Part shown: positions 24,725 through 35,515 of the stretch, piece by piece
How positions within the stretch are numbered: the stretch's first letter is position 1
Layout of the letters: each line of letters starts with the position of its first letter
Source: Diplonema japonicum
Lineage: Eukaryota > Protista > Euglenozoa: Diplonemea
Assembly (NCBI GenBank): GCA_964019335.1
Contig: OZ025686.1
Span: forward strand, 124,001 to 188,000
Direction: 5' to 3'
Length of the DNA: 64,000 nucleotides
Made by a program: the position numbers and the translations under genes
The notes under the pieces: generated by a model
Seen by the model: the letters and a program-made list of their open reading frames with translations, nothing else
Told to the model about the DNA's origin: nothing
Databases searched by the model: none

Positions 24725-26350
24725 CTAGTTCATTGAATGGGAAAAAACGGTGGTTTGGACGACAGAGCGGTTTGCTTGTCTTGTGAGGAACTGGCGATGG
24801 TCGGTACGGAGGTCTGCTTCGTACTTTTCGAGATCCTCGCGCTGGCCTCGGAGGGCGACCTCTTGTCGCAGCATCGCCCCGTCCTCGTCCTGGGCTTGCT
24901 TGATCTTCTGGAGCAACAACTCGTGTTCTTGTTTCATAGCAGCAAGCTTCCCGTCCGCGTCGCCTATTTCACGTGTTGCGATATGTGTGTCAGCGCGGCA
25001 CAAGGCTTCCTTCTCGTGAGCTGTTTGCAGCTCCCTCTCGATGAGATCACGCTTGGCCTGCTCCCTTGCCACTACGTTCTCCTTTTCGCGTTGTTGTGTC
25101 ATTGCGTTCCGGACGGACTCGATGCCAGCAGCCACACGTGCTTCGCCGTCTTTAATCGCGTTCTCAAGGTCTTGTTTGTCCCTCCCTACGGCGTCGACAC
25201 TCTCCACAGCCACCTGGTGTGCATCCCGCAAATTCGTCAGTGTGTCTGTGAACTTCTTCACCTGAGTGTCATGGTGTCTGACCACACGTTCCTGCTCCTC
25301 AAGCATTTTCCTTATCTCCGCTAGCCTCTGTTCTGCCTGCCCCCTCTTCGCAGTCTCTTCTGTCACCTTAATCGTCGCCACCTTCACCTTATCAGCTATC
25401 TCCACCACTTTCGTCTTTCGAACAATTTCTTCGTCTTTAAAACCTCCTTTCTGGTTGATAAGGTCTTGAAGGTCGGCCTTGGCCTGCTGTGTGGCGTGTT
25501 TGGCTTTCTCCAAGTCGTTCAAGACGTTTTGCTGTTTGCGGTGCGCGTCGGTGAGTGCGTTGGTTTGCTTCTGCAGTGCGTCCTCGAGCCTGGCTGTCTC
25601 ACTGAGGGCGTCTTGGTGCAGCCGCCTTGCGTCGTCGATGGCCGCCTGCCCGTTGCGTTTGAGATTCTCCTGCCGACGCATCTCGTCCTCCTGATTCTTT
25701 CTGAGTTGATCGTCTTTCAGCCGGTAGTAAAGACAGTCAAGAATGGTGGGGTAGATCTCTCCGAAACGGTGGAACTCTGATGTGTCAAGCATCATGTCAT
25801 TGTTGGTGTCTGCCTTGGTGAAGATGTCGGGGGCGTGGTTCGTGATAGCAGGGAGATGGTGAAAGGCCGCCATGAAGCCCTCTCTTCGGATCAAGTGGAC
25901 TGCCGGGTCTTCCATGCATGAAAAGCAGAACTTTACCTTTTCTGGAAAGGTGGGCACGGCGTGGCTCTGAACAGCTGTTGAGTACGACATGCGCGGTTGG
26001 GCAGTGCTTGTGCTTCGCTTCACGGTTGTTGTTGTTGTTGTTGCTGCGTATGTTGTGTTGGAAGAGCGAGCTTGAAGTGGCTGTTGCACGGGCTGAGAAG
26101 GCGGGCGTTTGCCTTCCGGCACAACGTACAGTTGACAGTAGTCGGTCACCTGTTCTTCACGGTGCACATCTTCCCATGCATCCCCCTTCTTCACCTTCAT
26201 TTTCTTTATTTTAATGTCGTGCCTGTTTAAACTGAATTCCCTCTCCGCATCTTTTATCAACGCATCCAGTTTCGGCCTTTTTGGGAATTGTATTTCATAA
26301 TTCTGCGATCCACCACCTACCTTCCCCGCTACCAGCACCGTGAACACCAT
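24725..26350 (-). CDS. BILBO1: BILBO1-family protein (ubiquitin-like N-domain, EF-hand, coiled coil), 541 aa
   Basis: The N-terminus MVFTVLVA...NYEIQFPKRP...AEREFS...WEDVHREEQVTDYCQLYV matches the trypanosome BILBO1 NTD. It is followed by EF-hand DTNNDMMLDTSEF, YPTILDCLYYR and a long coiled coil. Orthologue versus paralogue is unresolved. Confidence 0.85.
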   Translation of the reverse strand: MVFTVLVAGKVGGGSQNYEIQFPKRPKLDALIKDAEREFSLNRHDIKIKKMKVKKGDAWEDVHREEQVTDYCQLYVVPEGKRPPSQPVQQPLQARSSNTTYAATTTTTTVKRSTSTAQPRMSYSTAVQSHAVPTFPEKVKFCFSCMEDPAVHLIRREGFMAAFHHLPAITNHAPDIFTKADTNNDMMLDTSEFHRFGEIYPTILDCLYYRLKDDQLRKNQEDEMRRQENLKRNGQAAIDDARRLHQDALSETARLEDALQKQTNALTDAHRKQQNVLNDLEKAKHATQQAKADLQDLINQKGGFKDEEIVRKTKVVEIADKVKVATIKVTEETAKRGQAEQRLAEIRKMLEEQERVVRHHDTQVKKFTDTLTNLRDAHQVAVESVDAVGRDKQDLENAIKDGEARVAAGIESVRNAMTQQREKENVVAREQAKRDLIERELQTAHEKEALCRADTHIATREIGDADGKLAAMKQEHELLLQKIKQAQDEDGAMLRQEVALRGQREDLEKYEADLRTDHRQFLTRQANRSVVQTTVFSHSMN

Positions 26351-26458
26351 TTATTTTTTTTTCCTCCCTTTTTTTTTTATAAAAAACATAATCCGAGTGC
26401 ACACGTTATAAAAAGAACTGGTGTACATGAAAAAAAAAAACTCATTTCTCCTTTTCCC

Positions 26459-26600
26459 TTACATCTTATCAGCTCGCACTAGAGAGGGTTGGTCTTTTCT
26501 TGTGAAGAACGAAAACCCCTGTAAAGTGGGTCCTTCGTGTCCCTCGTATGGGAACTCCTTGAATGTGTTTTTGGGCTCTGAGAACGAAAAACCAACCTTT

Positions 26601-26640
<40 letters not shown>

Positions 26641-26754
26641 GGTGTTCCCCCCATTGTCACACACCACATGCACGTCACCCACCCCGTCATTTGGGTTAAT
26701 CATATCAGAGAATGACCACCCAGAGGGTGAATATAGTGACCCGCTTACATGCAT
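26459..26754 (-). CDS. Tentative 75-aa microprotein; exons 26754-26665 and 26596-26459
   Basis: A CAG acceptor precedes AAAATG; intron GTGTGT..polyA..AAG (26597-26664). The product has three G[W/F]SF motifs. Confidence 0.4.
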
Positions 26755-27220
26755 TTTCCCCCTTTCCTGGAAAGTGGGTTCCAAATAATTTCAAGGTCTT
26801 TTTTTTATCCGTTTTGAAACACAAGTACTAAAGGGGGCGGGGCAGGACTGACTAAACACAGACGACGTCGAGGTTAGATGACAACAAATCTTCTTTTTTC
26901 TCCCCCCTTCTTCTCCCCCGAGATTTCCCTTTCCGTGTGAAAAGAGCAGAGAACGAGCTTTTTTTTTTCTTCTTTTTCTTTCGTTGTTTCCACTTTTGTT
27001 TTTTTCTCTTCCTCTTTTTTTTCTCTTTTTTCTGCCCACTCTTATTCATTCATTGCCTGTTTTTCACTCTGGTTCACCCCTTCATCCTTTTCTTCGGGCT
27101 CACCGAGAAAAAGAGAAAAAAAAAAAAAAAGAAATTCGATAAGTTTCAAGAAGAAAAAAACAAGTACGCAGCCCAACCGTTGTCGGAGCGGTGGGGGGGG
27201 CAAAAAAAAGGGGGTAACCC

Positions 27221-28537
27221 TCACGACTGGATGTACCCGGGCTTAATTGGGTCCTGCCCAGCTGTTGTAATTTTCCCACTGTTCTTCTCCAACTGGTTCT
27301 TGAAGTATGAGATGGTTTTCCTAAGCCCCTGTGGTGAAGAGGATATCTAAAATGAATAGAAGTACAAACCTCCTTCACATCGACTTGTGGCCTCCAGCCC
27401 AGCTGCGTCATTGCCTTTGTGATGTCAGGCTTCCTCTGGCTCGGGTCGTCCTTTGACGCTGCGATGTACCTGATCTCACTGGCGGAACCCGTCAGCTCCT
27501 GTTGTCGGGTAGCTTTAAAAAAAAGACGAACGACAACACACCTTGATGAGAATAGCAAACTCCGACACTGTGTACTCGTCAGGGTTCCCCACGTTCACAG
27601 GGGTGCTCACGTTCCCGTTCATGACAGACATGATCCCCCTCACCAGATCGTCCACGTACTGGAAGGATCTGGTCTGCTTCCCTGAGCCGTAGATCGTGAT
27701 GGGCTTCCCTTGCAGTGCTTGGATGATGAAGTTCGACACCACACGCCCGTCGTTCGGGTGCATCCTCGGACCGAACGTGTTGAAGATCCGCACCACCCGC
27801 ACCTCCACACCCATCTTCTCGTATGCGTACATCATCGTCTCCCCGAGACGCTTCGCTTCGTCGTAACAAGCACGGGGGCCGATCGGGTTCACATTCCCCC
27901 AGTAGGTCTCCCGTTGGGGATGCTCCTTCGGGTCGCCGTACACTTCAGAGGTCGAGGTGAAGAGGACACGGGCACCTGAGGCCTTCCCAATATCAAGCAT
28001 GTTCATGGTGCCCTCAGTGTTGGTTCTGATGGTTTTCATGGGATGGAACATGTAGTGCGGAGGTGAGGCGGGCGAGGCGAGGTGGTAGACCTGGTCCACG
28101 ACAAGGGAGATCTTGTCGACAACATCGTGTTCGACGAGGTTGAAGTTCGGGTGGCCTATCCAGTGGATGATGTTCTCCATCCTGCCGGTGAAGAAGTTGT
28201 CGAGGACGGTGACGTGGTGGCCTTGCTTCATCAGCACGTCCACAAGGTTTGAGCCCACAAACCCTGCACCGCCTGTCACGAGGATGCGCTTCCTTGCAGA
28301 AGAGAGCAACATCTGGACGGGCTCGTATTTCCGCTTTTGTTGTTCTTCTGGCAACTTCGACGCAATGAGGCTCTGCTTCAGATCTTCCACCTCGTTGCGA
28401 AGCCTTTCGATGTTCCTCTGCTCCTCTACGGCGCTGCCGTGTCCCCGGGGTGATGTGAAATTAGAGATTGAGAAGCACACCAACACCGTCACTAGTACAG
28501 CCCCTACTACCCACACATCTTGAACTGGATGGGGCAT
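27221..28537 (-). CDS. UXS1: UDP-glucuronate decarboxylase / UDP-xylose synthase copy A, 410 aa; introns 27499-27541, 27329-27369
   Basis: RILVTGGAGFVGS, YHLASPASPPHY, TSTSEVYGDP, YDEAKR, RIFNTFGPRM, DDPSQRKPDI; N-terminal TM anchor. Confidence 0.95.
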
Positions 28538-28912
28538 TTATTCTTTCCCTTCTTCTCCCTTCCCTTTTTATTTTATTTTTTTATGCAAAGTAGTACGACC
28601 GATGCACATCTTGTACACCAGCAGGCGCTTTCAAAGTAAAATAAAATTAAGAATGCGAAGATAAAGAGGCGCCTTAGAAAACAGCAGGGGGGGGGGGGGG
28701 GGAGAGAGAGAGGACCGGGTACAAAAAAACCCGCCAAATAGAATTTTAAAAAAAAAGAAAAGGAAGGAGAGAAAAAAAAAATCGCTTCCTTCTTTTTCTT
28801 CCAACTGAAATAAAACTATACTATTACTAGATATAGGTTAATTACTGTTTTAAAAACACACCATATATTCTCCTTTTTTTTTTGTTAGCTTTTGTGTAAA
28901 TGTGAATGTAGC

Positions 28913-30209
28913 TTAAGCTTTTCCATATCCTGGTTTCACAGGATCTTGTCCCACTGTGACTATGGATCCATTATTAGAGATGAGCTGAGCCTTAAAGTAA
29001 GCAATGGTGCGTGCAAGGCCCTCCTTGACGGAGACACGAGGCTTCCAGCCCAGCTGCGTCATTGCCTTTGTGATGTCAGGCTTCCTCTGGCTCGGGTCGT
29101 CCTTTGACGCTGCGATGTACCTGATCTCACTGGTGGACTTGGTCAGATCCTGTTGTTGGGTAACTTAAAGAAGAAGAAGAAGGAGAAAGACAACACACCT
29201 TGATGAGAACAGCAAACTCCGACACTGTGTACTCGTCAGGGTTCCCCACGTTCACAGGGGTGCTCACGTTCCCGTTCATGACAGACATGATCCCCCTCAC
29301 CAGATCGTCCACGTACTGGAAGGATCTGGTCTGCTTCCCTGAGCCGTAGATCGTGATGGGCTTCCCTTGCAGTGCTTGGATGATGAAGTTCGACACCACA
29401 CGCCCGTCGTTCGGGTGCATCCTCGGACCGAACGTGTTGAAGATCCGCACCACCCGCACCTCCACACCCATCTTCTCGTATGCGTACATCATCGTCTCCC
29501 CGAGACGCTTCGCTTCGTCGTAACAAGCACGGGGGCCGATCGGGTTCACATTCCCCCAGTAGGTCTCCCGTTGGGGATGCTCCTTCGGGTCGCCGTACAC
29601 TTCAGAGGTCGAGGTGAAGAGGACACGGGCACCTGAGGCCTTCCCGATTTCAAGCATGTTCACGGTGCCGTCAGTGTTGGTTTTGATCGTTTTCATGGGG
29701 TTGTACATATAGTGCGGAGGTGAGGCGGGCGAGGCGAGGTGGTAGACCTGGTCCACGACAAGGGAGATCTTGTCGACAACATCGTGTTCGACGAGTCGGA
29801 AGTTCGGGTGGCCTATCCAGTGGATGATGTTCTCCATCCTGCCGGTGAAGAAGTTGTCGAGGACGGTGACGTGGTGGCCTTGCTTCATCAGCACGTCCAC
29901 AAGGTTTGAGCCCACAAACCCTGCACCGCCTGTCACGAGGATGCGCTTCCTTGATGCAGACGTAAGGGACGCGACGGGGTCGAACTGCTTGCGAGGAGCA
30001 CTGGCAGCAACCCGACCACCGCCAGTTTTGTTGTTGCAATCAAGACTTTTTCGTATCTCCTTCACCTCGCTCACGATACGGGTGATGTCCAACTCCGTCA
30101 TCTTGTCATCCCTTACCTGCACTAAGCTCGGTCGAAACGGGAAGACTGCCGTGAAATACAACCCCAGAAGGAGCACCGTGCTTAAAATCACCCATACTTG
30201 AACAAGCAT
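28913..30209 (-). CDS. UXS1: UDP-xylose synthase copy B, 415 aa; single intron 29150-29198
   Basis: Same motifs as copy A, a different TM anchor, and no second intron. Confidence 0.95.
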
Positions 30210-31298
30210 TTTCTTTTTCTTTTTATGGGAAACCTTGTAAATTTGCGAAGGGGTTGGGGTGGGGGGGGGATGCTAAGAGTACAAAAATAATACAATAAAA
30301 TAAAAAACTTAGGATTAAAAAACTTATTTTTTTTCTCTTTATTCTTAAAACATCTTTTTTTTTTCTTCTTAAAGGGCGGTGGCGTGAAAAAGGTGGGAGA
30401 TACGAGAAAAGCACGCAAAAGAGAAGATAATTGAGGGGGGGGGGGGGGGGGGGATACCGGAGTAAGTGCTTCTCTCTTCTTCCTCTTTGTGTATAGATTG
30501 TTTTAAGTTCATGGCCCTCTTGTAGTGCCCCTCCCGCCCCCTTCTTCCATTCTTTTTAAACTTTCTTTTACTTTTGATCCCAACATGACTACACGGTATG
30601 CAATCTCCCTTTCAAGCCCATTAGTCCAGCAACCCACTTGCACTCAGCTTTTGGTCATTTTGGGGGAGGGGTATAAAAGCCCTTTTCTTTGAAGAGGACA
30701 AGAGTTTCAAAAGCAAATCGTTGCTTCTGGGAGAGAGGCCCCACCTGGACCTACTTCTACTGCAAAGAACAACGCTATCATGTAACAAGTGGAACATTGC
30801 TATTTCTCATTGGTCATATCATGTCGTTCAATTCTCTTTTTATTTTTTTCTTCTAATTTCTTTCTTCCCTCCGCAATCTGTGACCATATAAGAGGGGTGA
30901 AGCGAGGAACTTGCGAGGACATAAGGTACAGGAGGGAGATCACATAAATGAGGTACCCGCTTTGGAACGCCACCCCTTGTCTTTTACTTATCTACCAAGA
31001 AAAAAAAAAAAAGAGAAATATCTCACAAAAAAAAAAAGAGGAAAAAAAAAAAAAAAACGTCACAGCTGGCATCATGGGGGAATAAGAGGAGTTGGCGCGT
31101 TGTTTTGTAGACAAAGAAAAGAAAAAGGGGCTTAATTAGTGGCCCTAGAAAGAAGAAGAAGAATAAGAAGATGAGGGTCTACCAAATCAGAAGCCCTTCT
31201 CTGGTGTCAGAGAGGCCAATTTATTTTTTTCTTTTTTTTTTCTTCCCCCCCAAAAAAGAACTAGAAAGAACCCTATCCCTCCCACCCAAAACTGCTGC

Positions 31299-31329
<31 letters not shown>

Positions 31330-31633
31330 TAAAGGGTGAGAAAAAAATTCCATTTCTTTGGCCCTCGTCACCACCCCCACTAGCATGCAACAAGTATGAT
31401 GGGTGAGGTAAACAAAACTCCAATTTTCTGTGCTGAATAAGCAGATTTCATAGCTGCGGCACCGAGTGTGTCAATCTCAAGAAACCTGTTTAAAAAATCT
31501 ACAAACCCACACATAAAAAAAAAGGAAAAAAAAAAGGATAAGTAATAAGCTGAAAAGGCACTTAATTGCCTTTTAAATCCGGAACCGAAATAGGGGGAGG
31601 GGGGGGGGAAATCGGACAAACCCACAGAAACCC

Positions 31634-32952
31634 TTATGGCGTTTGCACTGCGCCCTTATACCCTGGTTTTCCTGGTTCTTGCCCTATGGTTTCAATTGTG
31701 CCACTATTCTTCTCCAACTGGTTCTTGAAGTATGAGATGGTCCTGATAAGCCCCTGTGGGAGAAGGGTAGGTACTACAAGGGAAGCCACATACTTCATTA
31801 ACTTTAACTTGCGGCCTCCAGCCCAGCTGCGTTGCCGCCTTTGTGATGTCAGGCTTCCTCTGGCTCGGGTCGTCCTTTGACGCTGCGATGTACCTGATCT
31901 CACTGGTGGACTTGGTCAGATCCTGTTGTTGGGTAACTTAAAGAAGAAGAAGAAGGAGAAAGACAACACACCTTGATGAGAACAGCAAACTCCGACACTG
32001 TGTACTCGTCAGGGTTCCCCACGTTCACAGGGGTGCTCACGTTCCCGTTCATGACAGACATGATCCCCCTCACCAGATCGTCCACGTACTGGAAGGATCT
32101 GGTCTGCTTCCCTGAGCCGTAGATCGTGATGGGCTTCCCTTGCAGTGCTTGGATGATGAAGTTCGACACCACACGCCCGTCGTTCGGGTGCATCCTCGGA
32201 CCGAACGTGTTGAAGATCCGCACCACCCGCACCTCCACACCCATCTTCTCGTATGCGTACATCATCGTCTCCCCGAGACGCTTCGCTTCGTCGTAACAAG
32301 CACGGGGGCCGATCGGGTTCACATTCCCCCAGTAGGTCTCCCGTTGGGGATGCTCCTTCGGGTCGCCGTACACTTCAGAGGTCGAGGTGAAGAGGACACG
32401 GGCCCGCGAGGATTTCCCGATTTCAAGCATGTTCATGGTGCCCTCAGTGTTGGTTCTGATGGTTTTCAATGGATCGAACATGTAGTGCGGAGGTGAGGCG
32501 GGCGAGGCGAGGTGGTAGACCTGGTCCACGACAAGGGAGATCTTGTCGACAACATCGTGTTCGACGAGGTTGAAGTTCGGGTGGCCTATCCAGTGGATGA
32601 TGTTCTCCATCCTGCCGGTGAAGAAGTTGTCGAGGACGGTGACGTGGTGGCCTTGCTTCATCAGCACGTCCACAAGGTTTGAGCCCACAAACCCTGCACC
32701 GCCTGTCACGAGGATGCGCTTTTTGATGGACGAAGAAAGAGTTTTCACCGGTTCGTACTCCTGCTTGCGCGAGCTGACATCTCTCATCTGTTGCCTGATT
32801 TCGTAAAGCTCTGCTATGAGCCTCTCCTCGTTGTCCGACATCTTCCGCCTGTTCCTGTCTGGATTCGTCCCCCAAAGTATGTAACACGTCATGGCTGTCA
32901 CCACGACAGTCATCACTAGTACCCGCATGTCGGTGGTTCTACGGCAGTCCAT
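31634..32952 (-). CDS. UXS1: UDP-xylose synthase copy C, 409 aa; introns 31923-31971, 31754-31793
   Basis: Same motifs as copies A and B with a third distinct TM anchor. Confidence 0.95.
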
Positions 32953-33062
32953 CTTTCTTTCCCCCCCCTCCTTTGTTGTGTTTGAAACAAAAAAAAAAAG
33001 GGATGAGGAGAAAAAAAAATCTTAACTCATTTTGTCCATCGTGTGAAGGATGGGAAAGGGGG

Positions 33063-33482
33063 TTACTCAAGATACATTTTTAATTGGTACCCATCACACG
33101 GGCCCAGCCGTTGTTCGTCCTTCACCTGTGTGAAGGACAGCACTGCTTCTTCCTTTCTGAAGAACATGACTGCCTCGCCTCTCCATGAGTCTGTGCGCCA
33201 TGTTTCCAAGATGTCGTCTCTGCAGGCCTCTGCCCATGTTACGGGAAGTGCGTCACAGAGGTTTGGGAACCCCCCGCTGATGGAGCTGTCGAGGCCTTCG
33301 AAGCAGTCCTTTCGAGTCTTCAACAGCGCCCATAAAAACGCCAGTGTGGCTGGTGAAGGTTTGTGGAGACGCTTATCAAAGGAGCGTGCGAACCCACACG
33401 GGCCCTTCCCCACCTCTAGTTTTAAACACATTTCCTTAAAAGGCCACTCAGAGTGGTCACCGCCGCTGAACGAACACCCCAT
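33063..33482 (-). CDS. Hypothetical protein, ~139 aa
   Basis: High-complexity ORF on the coding strand between homopolymer spacers; no motif recognised; start uncertain. Confidence 0.45.
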   Translation of the reverse strand: MGCSFSGGDHSEWPFKEMCLKLEVGKGPCGFARSFDKRLHKPSPATLAFLWALLKTRKDCFEGLDSSISGGFPNLCDALPVTWAEACRDDILETWRTDSWRGEAVMFFRKEEAVLSFTQVKDEQRLGPCDGYQLKMYLE

Positions 33483-33801
33483 CTCCTCCCTCCCCAGTGT
33501 AAATAAACTGGACACACGTTATATAGCTGCATACGAGAAAGGGGGGGGGGGGGGGGAAGGGGTCCTTTTAAACAACGGGAAGAAGAGGGGCGGGAAAAAG
33601 AAAAAGACGATCCTACTTTCTTTTTTGAAGGTTACAATATCAATACTCCCCTTCGAAAGGGGAAAGAAGAAAAAAAAAAAAAAAAAAAAAAAAAAACAAC
33701 AACAAAAAACACAATCCTTTTGTTTTTTTTTTTTTTTTTTTTTGTCGCATAGTACGTTTTTTTTCTCTTTTTTTTTTTTAATAGTACGTGGCCTCATCCT
33801 C

Positions 33802-33841
<40 letters not shown>

Positions 33842-33849
33842 ATCACCAC

Positions 33850-34857
33850 TTAAGGTGTGGGCGCGTGGTTCCAAAAAGCGTCTTGATCATCATTGCTAGT
33901 GGGAGAGGAGAGGTGGATACTGTTGGCCCCCCACGAGGATGACGCGCCATGGACTGCACGGTGGGTTGCGAGGGTTTCCTGCGCAAACGAAATATCTGAG
34001 AGAAGCCGTCCGACAGCTTGTGTCGACTGCCGGGGCACAGAAACCGCACGCGGCGAGGACTGGAAAGACGAGGCGAACGGGATCGACACGTACCGCGAAG
34101 GGGACGACGGCGCCCTGTGCACCACTGTCGATCTACTATTCACAGTACTAGCCGAAGGGAAAACCGCGTTGCTCTCAACAGGCCGCTTCACTCTATGAAC
34201 TGGTGAAAACGACACCCGTCTCGACGGTGCTTCAGGTACCGGTGACACCCCTACTGGAGAAACTGGGAATTCACTTATCTCAGATACAGGCGATGTAGTT
34301 GTAGAAGCTGACACGGAAACCGAAGCTGTTTTTTCATGTGTTTCAGTATTCATGTGCTGGTGTTCAGTGACGTGAAGAACAGGTTGGGAGATGGACACGG
34401 GTGCGGTGTAGACGGTGGGCTTGCCCTTTGAAAACGTGACATGGTTTTTGTTGATGCTGCTTAGCTCGTGGATTCGCATTTGTGGCCCGCATAATTGCGT
34501 TAATTTTTGAACGAATTCGTCTGCTGTACGTTCGTCAGGGAAGGCTGCCCAAAAATCATGTGGTTTTGTCTTGGTGACCACGTCTCTCCCCGCATGCCAG
34601 ACTTCGTTAAGATTCGACAGTAGGACGCATCCTAAGATTGTTCCATTCTTCTGGCAGATGAAGAGTTGATCCCGTATCAACACCGCGACACGTTCTGTTT
34701 CCTTGCGCTCGCTCTCTCGTGCCTTTACCTTCATCATGAAGTAAAGCGGGAGGTGCACCAGCCCGACAAAGTCGGACCTGAACTCCGAAGGCACGCATAT
34801 CTCCTTAGGAAATTTACTATTCTTCACGGGTAGCTCCCTGTTATATGACCGGTTCAT
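33850..34857 (-). CDS. Hypothetical 335-aa protein with a possible PH-like N-terminal domain and S/P-rich tail
   Basis: AAAATG start; beta-strand pattern ERVAVLIRDQLFICQKNGTILGCVLLSNLNEVW followed by an amphipathic helix ADEFVQKL. Confidence 0.65.
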   Translation of the reverse strand: MNRSYNRELPVKNSKFPKEICVPSEFRSDFVGLVHLPLYFMMKVKARESERKETERVAVLIRDQLFICQKNGTILGCVLLSNLNEVWHAGRDVVTKTKPHDFWAAFPDERTADEFVQKLTQLCGPQMRIHELSSINKNHVTFSKGKPTVYTAPVSISQPVLHVTEHQHMNTETHEKTASVSVSASTTTSPVSEISEFPVSPVGVSPVPEAPSRRVSFSPVHRVKRPVESNAVFPSASTVNSRSTVVHRAPSSPSRYVSIPFASSFQSSPRAVSVPRQSTQAVGRLLSDISFAQETLATHRAVHGASSSWGANSIHLSSPTSNDDQDAFWNHAPTP

Positions 34858-35074
34858 TTTTCCTTTTTTAAAGAAATTTTTTTTTTCCCGCCCACCGCAC
34901 CCAGTGGAGGGGCCCTTTTATTTTTTTTACGATTTTTTTTTTTTTTTTTTTTTTTTTAATGACGGTGCAATGTGTTTAGGCTGCTTAACCAAATTGGTGT
35001 CCGTTTTTTTTTTTTTTTTTTTTTTTTGCTTCAATTTCTCTATAAAAAAAATGTAAATAAAAAAGAATAGAAAA

Positions 35075-35114
<40 letters not shown>

Positions 35115-35515
35115 TCTTCCAGGGGCTAGATTGCGCTTTTCTTTTCTTAAAAATACTCCTTTAGAATAACCCTTTTTTTTTTGAGAATACCGAGGGAAAA
35201 AAAGAAAAAAAAAAACTGGGAGAATAAAAAAACTCGTTCTGAATATTAAGGCCCTTCACTGCTCTTCCGCCAAATTTTCTATCTCCCCCTCCTTATCCGT
35301 GACTCGCCAAAAGCTGAATTTCTTTTTTTTTTTTTTTTTTGGAACAGGAAAAAAAAAAAAAAAAAAAAAGGGCGTGCGTGTAATCTAACCAAGCTCACAA
35401 AAAAACAGGAAGAGGGGGAAAAAAAAAAAGAAAAAGAGAAAACACTTCCTTCAGCCCCTACCCCTCTCCCCTTTTTTTCTACCCTTACACCATCTCTTTT
35501 TTTCTTCTTCACATT

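Noticed and set aside
30490-30830. Complex-sequence island between UXS copies as a gene or element
   Set aside because: All minus frames are interrupted; no splice model, TIR or homology that I can support.
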